NCBI GenBank assembly: GCA_963739695.1 | Contig: CAVUBB010000019.1 | Span: 96,735-160,734, forward strand | DNA length: 64,000 bases | Reading direction: 5' to 3' | Source: an uncultured Pseudomonadota bacterium | Lineage (GTDB): Bacteria > Pseudomonadota > Gammaproteobacteria > Natronospirales > CAVUBB01 | Shown here: in pieces, positions 52,675 through 63,999 of the stretch | Position numbering within the stretch: position 1 is the stretch's first letter | How the letters are laid out: each line of letters starts with the position of its first letter | The notes under the pieces: generated by a model | The model's input: the letters and a program-made list of their open reading frames with translations, nothing else | Told to the model about the DNA's origin: nothing | Database searches by the model: none | Position numbers and translations under genes: made by a program

Positions 52675-53655
52675 TCAGGCGGGTTCGATCGCCTTGAGGT
52701 GACGGGTCACCGACACCCAGGCGCCCAGCCACCCCAGTGCGGCGCCGGCTGCGAGCAGATCGAGGCCGGCGCCGGGGCCGATGCCGGCCAGTCCGAAGCT
52801 GGTGCCGTAGAGCCCGGCGAGGCGCCCGACGGGCCCGGCGACCAGCCACAGTCCGATCGACACCAGCAGCCATGCGCCCAGCCCGCCCAGCGAGCCGTAC
52901 CAGAAGCCGGTATAGAGGAACGGCCGACGGATGAAAGCGTCCGTCGCGCCCACCAGTTTGGTGACCTCGATCTCGTTGCGCCGATTCTGGATGTCGAGGC
53001 GGATGGTATTGCCGGTGATGATGATGACCGCCGCCCCCAGCAACACCGAGACGATCAGGATCGCTCGGCGGACCAGGTCGAGGATCGCACGCAGCCGCCG
53101 CAGCCATTGAGTGTCCAGCTGCACGGTACCCGCCTGGGGCATCGCGCGCAGGGTCTGGGCGAGTGCGCCCGCTGCGGCCGGACTTGCCGCGGCCAGCGCC
53201 GGGTGGATGACGAGCACGGCCGGGAGCGGGTTGGACGCGAGCGCATCGACGGCGGCGGCAAAGCCGGAATGGGCTCGGAATTCGGCCAACGCCTGGTCCG
53301 GTGTGATCACATCGATATCGGCAATATCAGGTCGCTGGCGCAGGCGGTCGGCCAGGGCGCGCGCGGCATCCGCGCCGACATCCTTGTTCAGAAACATCGA
53401 GATTCGCGCCTGCCCGTCCCAGGCACCGCTGAGCTGACGCGCGTTGCTCACCAGCACGTCGAGCCCCGCCGGCAAAGCCAGCGCGATGGCGATGACCGCT
53501 ACGGTCATCAGCGAAGCGCCAGGGCTGCGATAGAGCCGCCCCAGACTCGCCAGAGAAGTCTGGACATGGTTGAGCGTCCAGGCCCGCAGGCGGCGCCCAA
53601 TAGGCACCTGGCCGGTGCGCGCGCCGCCGCGGCGTCCGGGGCTAGGCGATGCCAT
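52675..53655 (-). CDS. ftsX: Cell division permease FtsX
   Basis: IAIALALP, NPLP, NTIRLDI, KLVGATDAFIRRPFLY. Confidence 0.93.
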   Translation of the reverse strand: MASPSPGRRGGARTGQVPIGRRLRAWTLNHVQTSLASLGRLYRSPGASLMTVAVIAIALALPAGLDVLVSNARQLSGAWDGQARISMFLNKDVGADAARALADRLRQRPDIADIDVITPDQALAEFRAHSGFAAAVDALASNPLPAVLVIHPALAAASPAAAGALAQTLRAMPQAGTVQLDTQWLRRLRAILDLVRRAILIVSVLLGAAVIIITGNTIRLDIQNRRNEIEVTKLVGATDAFIRRPFLYTGFWYGSLGGLGAWLLVSIGLWLVAGPVGRLAGLYGTSFGLAGIGPGAGLDLLAAGAALGWLGAWVSVTRHLKAIEPA

Positions 53656-54328
53656 GGCTTGCTCCCGGCCGCCAGTCGCCGACGAGGCGACCCTGTTCCA
53701 GTCCCAGCACGCGCTTGCCCATGGTCTTGATCAGCTCATGATCGTGACTGGCGATGAGCACCGTCACGCCTACCTGATTGAAGCGCTCGAACAGATGCAT
53801 GATCTCGCGGGAGAGCTCGGGGTCGAGGTTGCCGGTGGGCTCGTCGGCGATCAATACCGCCGGCTTGGAGACCACCGCCCGCGCGATGCCGACGCGCTGC
53901 TGCTCGCCGCCCGAGAGCGTGATCGGATAGACCTTTTCCTTGCTCAGCAGACCCACCTGGTCGAGCGCCGCGCGCACGCGCCGCGCAACCTCGGCGTGGC
54001 CGAGCCCGGCGATGATGAGTGGCAGGGCGATATTGTCGAATACGGTACGGTCGTACAGGAGTCGGTGGTCCTGGAAGATCACCCCCAGGCGGCGACGGAA
54101 ATAGGGGATCTGGCGGCGGCCTACACCGTTGAGGTTCTGGCCACCGACCAGGACCTGACCGCGGCTGGGCCGCTCGATCAACGCGATCAGGCGCAGCAGG
54201 GTACTCTTTCCGGCTCCGGAATGACCGGTGAGGAACACCATCTCGCCCTCGTCCACCCGGAAACTCAGACCCGCGAGCGCTTCGTTGCCGCCCGGATAGC
54301 GCTTGCCGACCTGATCGAAATGGATCAT
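53642..54328 (-). CDS. ftsE: Cell division ATPase FtsE
   Basis: [35 protein letters not shown]. Confidence 0.95.
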   Translation of the reverse strand: MIHFDQVGKRYPGGNEALAGLSFRVDEGEMVFLTGHSGAGKSTLLRLIALIERPSRGQVLVGGQNLNGVGRRQIPYFRRRLGVIFQDHRLLYDRTVFDNIALPLIIAGLGHAEVARRVRAALDQVGLLSKEKVYPITLSGGEQQRVGIARAVVSKPAVLIADEPTGNLDPELSREIMHLFERFNQVGVTVLIASHDHELIKTMGKRVLGLEQGRLVGDWRPGASHGIA

Positions 54329-55290
54329 GCGCTCCGGCTCCGTGCCGGGTCGCGATCGAACAGGAGCCCGTCGACGAAATTGCTGGCGTCGAATACATCC
54401 AGATCCTCGGCCTGTTCGCCGACACCGATGAAACGGATGGGGATACCAAGTTGGCGGGTCAGAGCGAACAGGATGCCGCCCTTGGCGGTACCGTCGAGCT
54501 TGGTGACGGTGAGGCCGGTCACACCCACCGCATCGCGGAACTGGCGGGCCTGTGCGAGCGCGTTCTGGCCGGTGGTCGCATCGAGCACCAGCATGACTTC
54601 ATGTGGCGCCGTCGGGTCCAGGCGAGCGAGCACACGGCGAACTTTTTTCAACTCTTCCATGAGGTTCGATTGGGTGTGCAGTCTTCCGGCGGTGTCCACG
54701 ATGAGTACGTCGGCTTTGCGCGCTCTGGCCGCTTCCAGAGCATCGTAGGCGACCGCCGCGGGATCGGCGCCGGTACCTTGCGCGATTACGGGCACCCCGT
54801 TGCGCTCCCCCCATGCCTGCAACTGCTCTACCGCCGCCGCGCGGAAGGTGTCGGCCGCAGCAAGCATCACTTTGCAGCCCTCGTCCAGCAACCGCCGGCT
54901 GATCTTGCCGATGGTGGTGGTCTTGCCGGCGCCGTTCACCCCGACCATGAGGATCACATAGGGCCGGTGCCTGCTCTCGATCTCCAGCGGCTGACTCGCC
55001 GGTTCGAGGATACCGCGCATGCCCGCGGCCAGCGCGTCATGCAGCGCGACCCCGTCGCGGATCTCGCCCTTGCGCACGCCGTTGCGCAGAGCGTCGACTA
55101 TCTCGGCGGCCGCTTCCACGCCGACGTCGGCCATCAGCAGCCGGTCTTCGAGTGCGTCCAGCAGTTCGTCGTCAACCTTGTTATGGCCGGGGATGAGGTT
55201 GGCCAGATCGTAGGTGAGCCAGGAATTGCCCCGATTCAGCCGCTGACGCAGTTTATTGAGAAAGCCCGGTTTCTGCTTCGCTATATACAT
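54325..55290 (-). CDS. ftsY: SRP receptor FtsY (NG domain only)
   Basis: GVNGAGKTTT, DTFRAAA, DTAGRLH, TKLDGTAKGG. Confidence 0.96.
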   Translation of the reverse strand: MYIAKQKPGFLNKLRQRLNRGNSWLTYDLANLIPGHNKVDDELLDALEDRLLMADVGVEAAAEIVDALRNGVRKGEIRDGVALHDALAAGMRGILEPASQPLEIESRHRPYVILMVGVNGAGKTTTIGKISRRLLDEGCKVMLAAADTFRAAAVEQLQAWGERNGVPVIAQGTGADPAAVAYDALEAARARKADVLIVDTAGRLHTQSNLMEELKKVRRVLARLDPTAPHEVMLVLDATTGQNALAQARQFRDAVGVTGLTVTKLDGTAKGGILFALTRQLGIPIRFIGVGEQAEDLDVFDASNFVDGLLFDRDPARSRSA

Positions 55291-55383
55291 CTGGGAATCG
55301 CTGGTGACTGCGGGCCGGCACTGCGGCCGGGCCGGGCTTATCCTATCATCCGCTCCGCGGCCCCGGTACCCGAATCAGCCATA

Positions 55384-55418
55384 ACGAGAAAGGGCGGCTC
55401 GAGGCCGCCCCTTCTCGT
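55384..55418. terminator. Hairpin downstream of the lipase gene
   Basis: ACGAGAAAGGGCGGC-tcgag-GCCGCCCCTTCTCGT. Confidence 0.6.
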
Positions 55419-55451
55419 CCGGCCGAAGAGCCGGAATTCTCGGGTCGCTTA

Positions 55452-57470
55452 TTACTTGACCACGCTTGGATTGTTGATGAGGATGACCGAGCCGTTGCCC
55501 GGCAGCGTCGCCGGCGCATAGCCAGCTGCGAACACTACCGTCTCGGTCTGCATCTCCACCGTCGCATCCATGCTTGCAGTCGGATCCAGGATCGAGCCAT
55601 GGTCGCCGACCAGGAAGCGCACGACACCGCGGATACCACTGGTGTCTACCGTGGTACCCGATATCTGGGTCAGCCCCATCAGGTTCACCAGCAGGTCAGT
55701 GGCCGAGTTCGGCACCACCTGATCCGGCGGCGAACCGGTGCTGCCCACCACTTCGATCATGTGGATCGGGTGATTGGCAGCAGCGGTAGCGGCGTAATTG
55801 GCCGGATCGCCGGTGTCGATCACCGTCTGCGCGTTACGGAAGAACTCCGAGTACAGCCGGGTGCCCGGGGTGAGCCCTTCCTGTGCCAGCCCGGCATTGA
55901 TCACCGGCGCGAAGGTCGGGGAATCTTCCAGCAACTGGGTGATATGCCCGCCAGGCATCGCCAGCGTTCCGGTGATCGGCGTGCTGTCCACACCCAGATA
56001 GGTGGTTCCCACGATCGCGCCCAGAGAATGGCCGACGAAATAGATCCGCGAGCCATCCAGATCCGGGATGGTGTCGCCGTTCAGATCGATCGTCGGGATG
56101 GTCTTGGTCAGACTGATGAGGTCCGCCACCGATTCACGCAGGTTGTCCCGGCTCGTGAGCAGGCTGGTGAGGTTGATGAAGTGTGAACCGCTTGGGTCGA
56201 TCTTGCCGTCGGCGCCGGCAGCGCCGGTGTCGTTGTTCTCGACATCGAGATCGAAGGTGCGCTCGTGCCCGGCCACATACAGCGGGCTGGTCGTATCGGT
56301 GATGCCGTGCAAGGGCATGTCGATCGCGATCACCGCGAAGCCGGCGTCCGCGAAGGCATCCGCGATCGCGAGCATGTCCGTGCGGTTGCGGGTGATGCCG
56401 TGCTGGAAGATCACCACCGGCCACCCGGTCGCGGGCTCAGAACCGCCGCCAAGTACGTAGGCGGAGCTGGCATCCGGGACCGTCAGCAGGACTGGAATCT
56501 GTTCTGTCGCGGTCTTGACCGGCATCGGGTTGTAACGCGTGGTATCGCCACCACCGGCCGCGTGCCAGAAGCCGGTCAGCGGCTTGCTTGCATCCAGGTA
56601 GTAGGGGACGTTGGCCAGCCCGGCATAGATCTCGGCATGGCCGCTCAGCCTCGGGTCGGCTGCGGCCGTGTTCAGGCCGGTATCCTGCACCAGGGCACCG
56701 CCGGCCGTCGCTTTGGCCTCGACCGCATCGAGGCTGGAGCCGATGGATTGGGTCGAGAAGGTCCAGCTGAGGATGATCTTGGTGACATCAACGCCTGTAC
56801 CTGCGGCGGCCGCGAACTGGGCCAGCGTCAGCTGCTTGATACCGTCGAGCGTGGCATCGCTCAGCGTCGCGGCCTGGCCGCCGCTGAACACCGGCAGGAT
56901 CGCGTCCTTGATCTCCTGGAAGGAATCGTCCGCTACGGCTGTGGCGCCGGAGGTGTCCTTGATGCCCGTGGTCAGGATCACCATGTAGGAGCTGGAGCCA
57001 GCCAGGGGTTTCAAGGGTTTGATCTGCAAGACGTTGCCGGCCACGGCTACGTTATAGTCCGTGCCCGGGACCAGCGCGCCAGTCACGCCGGTCACGGCGG
57101 TGGTCGCCGGATCGGTCGTCACCTGCAGTACGATCACGTCCTTGCCGCCCACCACAGTCGCGGCGTCGAGGTTGGAGGTGAACTCCTCATCGATCTGCGC
57201 TTGCGTGGAGAAGCCGTCGAGATGGTTGATCGCTTCAAGCGGGTCGCCGGTGTTAGTCGCGTCGGCGACGGGGATGTTCAGGGTGCCATCGGTGCTGCCG
57301 TTGAAATACAGATCGTTCGGGAACGGCATGATGCCGCCAAGCGGAACGAACCGTGCTTTGAACGTGGCTAGCGGGCTTTTTGCGGGCGTGGTGGATTCGC
57401 TATCCTTCACACACGCGCTCAGTGCCAGCGTCAGCAGCACCAATACAGTGATATACCGTTTACTCATCAC
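55452..57470 (-). CDS. Lipoprotein lipase/phospholipase, Pla-1/VolA-like
   Basis: Lipobox LSAC, PFPND, LDGFST, PVVIFQHGIT, AIDMPLHG, RDNLRE, nucleophile GHSLG, DQVVPN, DHGSILDP. Confidence 0.8.
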   Translation of the reverse strand: MMSKRYITVLVLLTLALSACVKDSESTTPAKSPLATFKARFVPLGGIMPFPNDLYFNGSTDGTLNIPVADATNTGDPLEAINHLDGFSTQAQIDEEFTSNLDAATVVGGKDVIVLQVTTDPATTAVTGVTGALVPGTDYNVAVAGNVLQIKPLKPLAGSSSYMVILTTGIKDTSGATAVADDSFQEIKDAILPVFSGGQAATLSDATLDGIKQLTLAQFAAAAGTGVDVTKIILSWTFSTQSIGSSLDAVEAKATAGGALVQDTGLNTAAADPRLSGHAEIYAGLANVPYYLDASKPLTGFWHAAGGGDTTRYNPMPVKTATEQIPVLLTVPDASSAYVLGGGSEPATGWPVVIFQHGITRNRTDMLAIADAFADAGFAVIAIDMPLHGITDTTSPLYVAGHERTFDLDVENNDTGAAGADGKIDPSGSHFINLTSLLTSRDNLRESVADLISLTKTIPTIDLNGDTIPDLDGSRIYFVGHSLGAIVGTTYLGVDSTPITGTLAMPGGHITQLLEDSPTFAPVINAGLAQEGLTPGTRLYSEFFRNAQTVIDTGDPANYAATAAANHPIHMIEVVGSTGSPPDQVVPNSATDLLVNLMGLTQISGTTVDTSGIRGVVRFLVGDHGSILDPTASMDATVEMQTETVVFAAGYAPATLPGNGSVILINNPSVVK

Positions 57471-57564
57471 GGGTCCTCCACATGCTGGTCGGCTTAGACT
57501 ACGCTGCCTTTAATATGCCGCGCAAGCTACCCCGGATGTGCGGGAATTTTCAGGAGAACGTCGG

Positions 57565-58666
<1,102 letters not shown>

Positions 58667-58684
58667 CAAGACTGCCGCCACCGC

Positions 58685-59500
58685 TCAGCGCTGGCAGTTC
58701 ACGCAGTAGCAGGTCGCGCGCTGGGCGATGACGATGCCGCGCATCGGCGTCCCGCAGCGCAGGCACGGTTCGCCTTCGCGGCCGTAGGCCTTGAGTTCGA
58801 TGCGAAAGTACCCGGGGCTGCCGTCGTCCCGGGTGAAGTCACGCAGAGTCGTGCCGCCTTTGGCGATGGCCCGCTCCAGTACGGCCCGGGTTGTCTCTGT
58901 GAGCGAATCGATCCGCGCCTGCCCGATGCGGCCCGCGGCACGCAGCGGGTGGATGCTCGATTCGAACAGGGCCTCATTCGCGTAGATGTTGCCGACCCCT
59001 ACCACCACATGGCTGTCCATGAGCACCGACTTGATCGGGGCGCGCCGGCCCCGCGTGACCCGATAGAGGTAGTCTGCATCGAAGCTGTCCGAGAGCGGTT
59101 CCGGTCCGAGAGCCCTGAGCAGTTTGTGGCGCAAGGGGTCGGCGCGGGTCCAGAGCGCGGCGCCGAATCGACGCGGGTCGCGCAGGCGCAGGCAGCGCCC
59201 GCTATCGAGCACGATGTCGAGATGGTCGTGTTTGCCGGGGGGCGTCCGGGCATCGAGGATGCGCAGACTGCCGGACATGCCCAGGTGCAGGATCGCCGTA
59301 CCCGCGGCAGTGCGCAGGAGCAGGTATTTCCCCCGTCGCTCCACGGCTGAGATCACCGCTCCCGCCATCTCGCGCCCCAGAGCCGCCGGCACAGGCCAGC
59401 GCAGGCGGCGCTCACGCACCACGACCTTTATCACGTGGGCATCGGTCAGGTGCGGTTCGATGCCGCGCCGGGCGGTCTCGACCTCGGGAAGCTCTGGCAT
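58685..59500 (-). CDS. mutM: Formamidopyrimidine-DNA glycosylase
   Basis: MPELPEVE, HLGMSG, DPRRFG, GVGNIYA, C-terminal Zn finger CLRC...CVNCQ. Confidence 0.97.
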   Translation of the reverse strand: MPELPEVETARRGIEPHLTDAHVIKVVVRERRLRWPVPAALGREMAGAVISAVERRGKYLLLRTAAGTAILHLGMSGSLRILDARTPPGKHDHLDIVLDSGRCLRLRDPRRFGAALWTRADPLRHKLLRALGPEPLSDSFDADYLYRVTRGRRAPIKSVLMDSHVVVGVGNIYANEALFESSIHPLRAAGRIGQARIDSLTETTRAVLERAIAKGGTTLRDFTRDDGSPGYFRIELKAYGREGEPCLRCGTPMRGIVIAQRATCYCVNCQR

Positions 59501-59573
59501 TGCCGTATCTCGGTGAATCAGGCGAAGGTCGATTGTCGCCGGCTGCCGCTGCCAGCGCCAGTAGTGGGCGGTA

Positions 59574-60143
59574 TCACCAGTGGTAGGCGACCCTCAGCAT
59601 CTGGAAATCGAGGCCGGCATTGGGTTTTGCGAAGTCATTGTTGGAGATATGCCGGATGCGGTAGCCGATCTCCCAGTGTGGGCCGATGCGCATGCCGGTT
59701 CCCAGCAGGGGACCGAACTCCAGGTCGCTGCCCAGACGGTCGGCGAAGCTGCCGCGCCCGTCGAGCGCGTGGATGCCCAGGCCGCCTTCGAAGAACCAGT
59801 GCTCGGTACCGTGTTTCCAGGTCAGCCGGATGACGGGTGTGAGGCCGATCTCATTCACCGTGCCGTCGGGCCGCGTCGTGCCGTCGTTTCGCAGCGACCC
59901 GCCGTCGGTCCGGCGCCAGAAGCCGAGGTTGGCTTCGAGCAGCAGTTGGCGATCCCAGTCTTGGCCGTCACCGAAAAAATCCGGCTGGAAATGCCAGCCG
60001 ACGATGGCGTTGGCGCCGTCGACCTGGGTGCCCAGGAAGCCGGGGCCGGCCTCCAGGGCGACGAATGCCGGTGCAGCGGCAGCCGTCCCCCAGCAGGATG
60101 CGACGGCAACCGCCGCGACACATACCGACCGGTGCAGATTCAT
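59574..60143 (-). CDS. pagL: PagL-like outer-membrane lipid A deacylase
   Basis: Signal peptide, amphipathic beta-strands, catalytic RHISN...PNAG motif, terminal aromatic YHW. Confidence 0.72.
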   Translation of the reverse strand: MNLHRSVCVAAVAVASCWGTAAAAPAFVALEAGPGFLGTQVDGANAIVGWHFQPDFFGDGQDWDRQLLLEANLGFWRRTDGGSLRNDGTTRPDGTVNEIGLTPVIRLTWKHGTEHWFFEGGLGIHALDGRGSFADRLGSDLEFGPLLGTGMRIGPHWEIGYRIRHISNNDFAKPNAGLDFQMLRVAYHW

Positions 60144-60187
60144 CTCCCTCGAGCCTCCATCCCCGGGTGGCCATCTGTCGCGACGGC

Positions 60188-61084
60188 TTATCCGTCGTTG
60201 CTGCCCTGATTCGCGGGGGCGGCCGTCTTCGACTTGGCGGGCTTGAGCTCGAGCAGGTCTTGCCGGCTGGGCGAATCCAGGGCGTATTCGATGCCGAGAT
60301 CCGGGCGCGCGAGCACCAGGGCATCCTTATCCGTCAGTATCTGGAAACGCAGTGGTTTGTCCATCCCCGTCATGCTGATCGCGACTTCGCCCTGCACCGG
60401 CTCCTTGCCGATCGGCTTCACTTCGAAAGCCAGCGCGTGGCGCCAGGCGTCGATGAAATGCTGGATGTCGTCACTCGTCAGCCGCGGGTTTGCCGGGGCC
60501 ACCTGCCAATGCCCGTCCTTGCCCTTGTTGAGACTGATGCCCGGGATCTGGATGCCGTCGATCCTGGCATCGTCGGGCAGCAGCTGTTTGCGCAGCAGGT
60601 TGTCGGGATCGCCGGCGAGGCGGAAATAGAGCATGTCGCTGACCAGATGTACGGTATCGCCATGACGGATATAGCGCCGGTAGTTGAGCGGTTCCGTGCC
60701 GCCAAAATCGAACTCCTCCCCGTTGAGGAAGAGCTTGAGTTTGGGTGGCTTCAGCCCGAGTTTGGTCAGATCCAGCTGCGAGATCCGGTAGCGGCTCTGG
60801 CTGGTCTCGTCCGCATCGGCGAGTATCCCGTCGATCCGTTTGCTGTCGGCAGCAGCCTTGAGCGGCGCCAGCATCTGCCAGTGCCCCTTGGCATCGCGCT
60901 CGAAGCGGGCTGCCGGCTTGCCGGGGCGCTCGATGCGCAGACTGTGGATGTCTGCGGGCTTGAGCTCGGTGAGCTTGACGGCGGGCGCCGGCGGTTTGGT
61001 GCCGGGCTTGAAATAGGCGAGCGCGGCCATGCCCAGCAGCAGCACGGCAAGCGCCAGGTTCAGCCAGACGCGCTTGTCGCTCAT
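60188..61084 (-). CDS. DUF4340-like single-TM periplasmic protein
   Basis: N-terminal anchor (WLNLALAVLL), WQMLAP..AD, LGLKPP, FGGTEPLNYRRY; follows the GldG-like gene. Confidence 0.7.
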   Translation of the reverse strand: MSDKRVWLNLALAVLLLGMAALAYFKPGTKPPAPAVKLTELKPADIHSLRIERPGKPAARFERDAKGHWQMLAPLKAAADSKRIDGILADADETSQSRYRISQLDLTKLGLKPPKLKLFLNGEEFDFGGTEPLNYRRYIRHGDTVHLVSDMLYFRLAGDPDNLLRKQLLPDDARIDGIQIPGISLNKGKDGHWQVAPANPRLTSDDIQHFIDAWRHALAFEVKPIGKEPVQGEVAISMTGMDKPLRFQILTDKDALVLARPDLGIEYALDSPSRQDLLELKPAKSKTAAPANQGSNDG

Positions 61085-62469
61085 CGGCGGCGCCTCCGGA
61101 TCCAGATCATGATGCCGCCAAACAGCAGCATCAGCGGCAGTGCTATCAGAAAGCCGCCGCTGATCAGGCCCTGGGCTGTCGGCGTGAGTTGCAGGTTCAC
61201 GTCGGGAGCACTCTTCACGTCGACCGATATGTACTGATCGTCGTCACTCAGCCAGTTGAACAGGTTGAGGCCGAGATCAAGGTTGCCGGCATTGCCCAGA
61301 TAAGCGTTGGAGAGGAAGTCGCCATCGGCGATCACCGCGATGCGTTGTGTGCGAGGCTTCTCGGATTCCACCGCGACCTTGCCCTTGGGAGCAGGTGGCT
61401 TGATATCCCGGGTCAGGCTCAGCCCGATGGCGATCGGCCCCTGCTTGTCGCCGGCCTTGGCGTCGAAGCTGATCTCGCCTTCGAGCTTGCCGGTCTCCAG
61501 CCAGCTGCGCGGGAGCGTCTGCAGAAACGGCGTATCGTTCCAGTCGTCCTTCTTGTGGAAGTCGAGCCCGGCCGCACGCGGGAACAGGGTGGCCTGATCG
61601 AAGCCATGGGTGATCGGGCTGCTGCCGTATTTCGCCACCAGCACCGCTGTCGGGTCGTTGATGCCGAAGATGCGCGAAGTGGGATCGACCACGGTGCCGT
61701 CGAGGAACTGGATGCCGAGTTCATCGGCCAGCGGCTTGAGTCCGTAGAGCGGGCCGGGGTCGCCCAGCCAGAGCAGGTTGCCGCCGTCATTCACGTAGTC
61801 GGTGATGATCTTGACCTCGCCCGGCAGCAGGGCGGTCTGCGGCCCGGCGATGACCAGCGCAGCCGTATTGTCCGGGATCTTCGGGTTCTCGGCGAGATTC
61901 AGAGTCTCCGTCTGGAAGCCCTTGGTCTTCAGCTGTTTGCCGAAGTTGCCCAGATCGAAATTGGCCGTGCCATGGGGTTTGCGCTCGCCGTGCCCGATCA
62001 GGAACACGATCCAGCGCGTGGATGAGCGCGCGACCCGTTGCAGCGCATTGGTGATGCTGCTCTCGTCAAGCGTGCTGACATTCTGCGTGCGGCCCTGGTA
62101 CTCGATATGCAGTTCACCGTTGGCGGTGATCCCCAGGGTGCGGACGCGGTCCGGTTCGGCATCGGGGTCGACGAAGCTGAGTGTGATGGCGGGGTCGACC
62201 TGCTGGTAGCGCCCGACGATGTCGCGGATCTGTTTGCGCAGTTCCGGCTCGCGACGCGCGAAAGCGGTGATGTGCAGCGTGCCCTTGAGACCGGAGACGA
62301 GTGTCTTCGAGGCCTTGGAAAGCGTATTGCTGTGGCTGGCCGTCCAGTCGGCCTTGTACACGTACTCGGTGCTCAGCCATCCGGCAACACCCAGGATGCC
62401 GAAGAACAGGATCACGAAGAGCACGTTCTGCAGGCGGATATGGAAGCGCGATTTGTTGGTTACGAGCAT
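61081..62469 (-). CDS. GldG-like ABC auxiliary protein
   Basis: N-terminal TM, DWT..NTLS, FVDPD, GHGER, VIAGP, ADGDFLSN, GNLDL..N..NWL, C-terminal TM + RRRR. Confidence 0.82.
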   Translation of the reverse strand: MLVTNKSRFHIRLQNVLFVILFFGILGVAGWLSTEYVYKADWTASHSNTLSKASKTLVSGLKGTLHITAFARREPELRKQIRDIVGRYQQVDPAITLSFVDPDAEPDRVRTLGITANGELHIEYQGRTQNVSTLDESSITNALQRVARSSTRWIVFLIGHGERKPHGTANFDLGNFGKQLKTKGFQTETLNLAENPKIPDNTAALVIAGPQTALLPGEVKIITDYVNDGGNLLWLGDPGPLYGLKPLADELGIQFLDGTVVDPTSRIFGINDPTAVLVAKYGSSPITHGFDQATLFPRAAGLDFHKKDDWNDTPFLQTLPRSWLETGKLEGEISFDAKAGDKQGPIAIGLSLTRDIKPPAPKGKVAVESEKPRTQRIAVIADGDFLSNAYLGNAGNLDLGLNLFNWLSDDDQYISVDVKSAPDVNLQLTPTAQGLISGGFLIALPLMLLFGGIMIWIRRRRR

Positions 62470-62494
62470 GGTGTCTTCTGCGGTCGTTATCGTG

Positions 62495-63247
62495 TCAGTG
62501 CTGGAGCCGGTAGGCGTCGAGGCGACGGATGCTCAGGCCCAGAAAGCCCGTGATGAAGAGCAGGTAGTAGATGACGTCGCTGGAATCGAACTCGCCTTTG
62601 ATGAGCGCCGAGTAATGCTGCAGCAGCGAGGCGTAGGCGAAGATCGCGCTGGCCTTCTCGCCGCTGCCCGCGGCCCAGTTGATGATCCAGAGCAGCAATA
62701 GCAGGCCGAAGGTGCTGATCGCGGCGACAACAGGCTGGCGCGTGAGCGAGGAGATGAACAAGCCGGCGGCCGCGAACGCGCCGAGCAGCAGCGCGAGGCC
62801 GAGGAATCCCGATGCCAGCTGGCCGATATCGAGGTGGGTGCCCGCATAGAGGGAGAGCGGCATCAGCGTGATCATGCCCAGCATGATGAGCAGGAAACCG
62901 AACAGACCGCAGAACTTGCCCAGCACGATCTCGGTCATGCTCACCGGTGCGCAGAGCAGCAGGGAGAGGGTGCCGCTGCGGCGTTCCTCGCTCACCAGAC
63001 GCATGGTCAGCAAGGGCACGACCATGAGCAGGATGATGCTGGCGCTGCCATACATCTGTGCGGCCACGTAGTAGGTGACGCCGTGCGCGCCTTTCATCTC
63101 CAGTAGCCGCGACTGGACCTGCATGAACCGGTCGAGCTGGGTGAGGAACAGCCAGGCCATGATGAACTGGACCACGGCGAGGACGGACCAGGCCAGGGGC
63201 GAGAGGAACAGGCTGCGCAGTTCGCGTGCGGCGATGGTGCGTATCAT
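62495..63247 (-). CDS. GldF-like ABC-2 permease
   Basis: RELRSLFLSP, PLLTMRLVSEERRSGT, IVLGKF, SSLTRQPVVAA. Confidence 0.85.
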   Translation of the reverse strand: MIRTIAARELRSLFLSPLAWSVLAVVQFIMAWLFLTQLDRFMQVQSRLLEMKGAHGVTYYVAAQMYGSASIILLMVVPLLTMRLVSEERRSGTLSLLLCAPVSMTEIVLGKFCGLFGFLLIMLGMITLMPLSLYAGTHLDIGQLASGFLGLALLLGAFAAAGLFISSLTRQPVVAAISTFGLLLLLWIINWAAGSGEKASAIFAYASLLQHYSALIKGEFDSSDVIYYLLFITGFLGLSIRRLDAYRLQH

Positions 63248-63999
63248 CAGGCGGCCTCCTCGGTGTCTGCAGGTTCGCCGGCCCCTTCCTCGCCGGTGGT
63301 CAGATCGACGAATATCTGTTCCAGGCTGATATGTTCAGGCGTGAGTTCGAACAACCCCCAGCCTGCTTCGGCGGCTCTTGTCGCGAGGCTTTCGGCAGGC
63401 GAGTGTGCGGCCTTGTGGCGGATGCGGAAACGCGAGCCGTCGAGGGCCTCGATCTCGCCGACATCGCTGATCGCGGCCAGCTCGTTCACCGCCGGGGGGT
63501 GGCGCAGCCCGAGGATGAGGCTGGTGCTGTGCATGCGTGCGTCGAGGTTGGCGATGGAATCGGAATAGACCAGCCGCCCGCGGTTGATGATCTGTACCCG
63601 GTCGCACAACATCTGCACTTCCGGCAGGATGTGCGTGGAGATGATCACGCTGTGTTCTCTGCCCAGTTCGGTGATCAGCGCGCGGATCTCGCGGATCTGG
63701 ATGGGATCGAGCCCTACGGTGGGTTCGTCGAGGATCACCACCGCCGGCGAATGGATGATGGCCTGGGCGATGCCGACCCGCTGCTGATAGCCCTTGGAGA
63801 GATTGCCGATCAGCCGTGAACCGGCATCGGCGAGGCCGCAGCGTTGCTTGGCCGCTTCGCGCGCGGCGTCGATCTCGTTCCGGGCGATGCGGTTGAGGCG
63901 GGCGCAATAGGTGAGATACTCGTCCACCGTCATCTCTTCATAGAGTGGCGGCTGCTCCGGCAGATAGCCGATGGCCGCCTTCGCGCGCTTGGGCTCGTC
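63247..63999 (-). CDS. GldA-like ABC ATP-binding protein, 5' end outside window
   Basis: IGYLPEQPPLY, LSKGYQQRVGIAQA, LDEPTVGLDP, STHIL; frame open to the window edge. Confidence 0.88.
   Translation of the reverse strand, partial: DEPKRAKAAIGYLPEQPPLYEEMTVDEYLTYCARLNRIARNEIDAAREAAKQRCGLADAGSRLIGNLSKGYQQRVGIAQAIIHSPAVVILDEPTVGLDPIQIREIRALITELGREHSVIISTHILPEVQMLCDRVQIINRGRLVYSDSIANLDARMHSTSLILGLRHPPAVNELAAISDVGEIEALDGSRFRIRHKAAHSPAESLATRAAEAGWGLFELTPEHISLEQIFVDLTTGEEGAGEPADTEEAA

Noticed and set aside
54325-55290. FtsY lacking the acidic A domain
   Set aside because: Short NG-only FtsY proteins are widespread.
11772-55418. Scattered GC hairpins as a REP or CRISPR-like repeat family
   Set aside because: The sequences differ from each other, are single-copy and sit at gene ends, consistent with ordinary terminators; no spacer-repeat periodicity.
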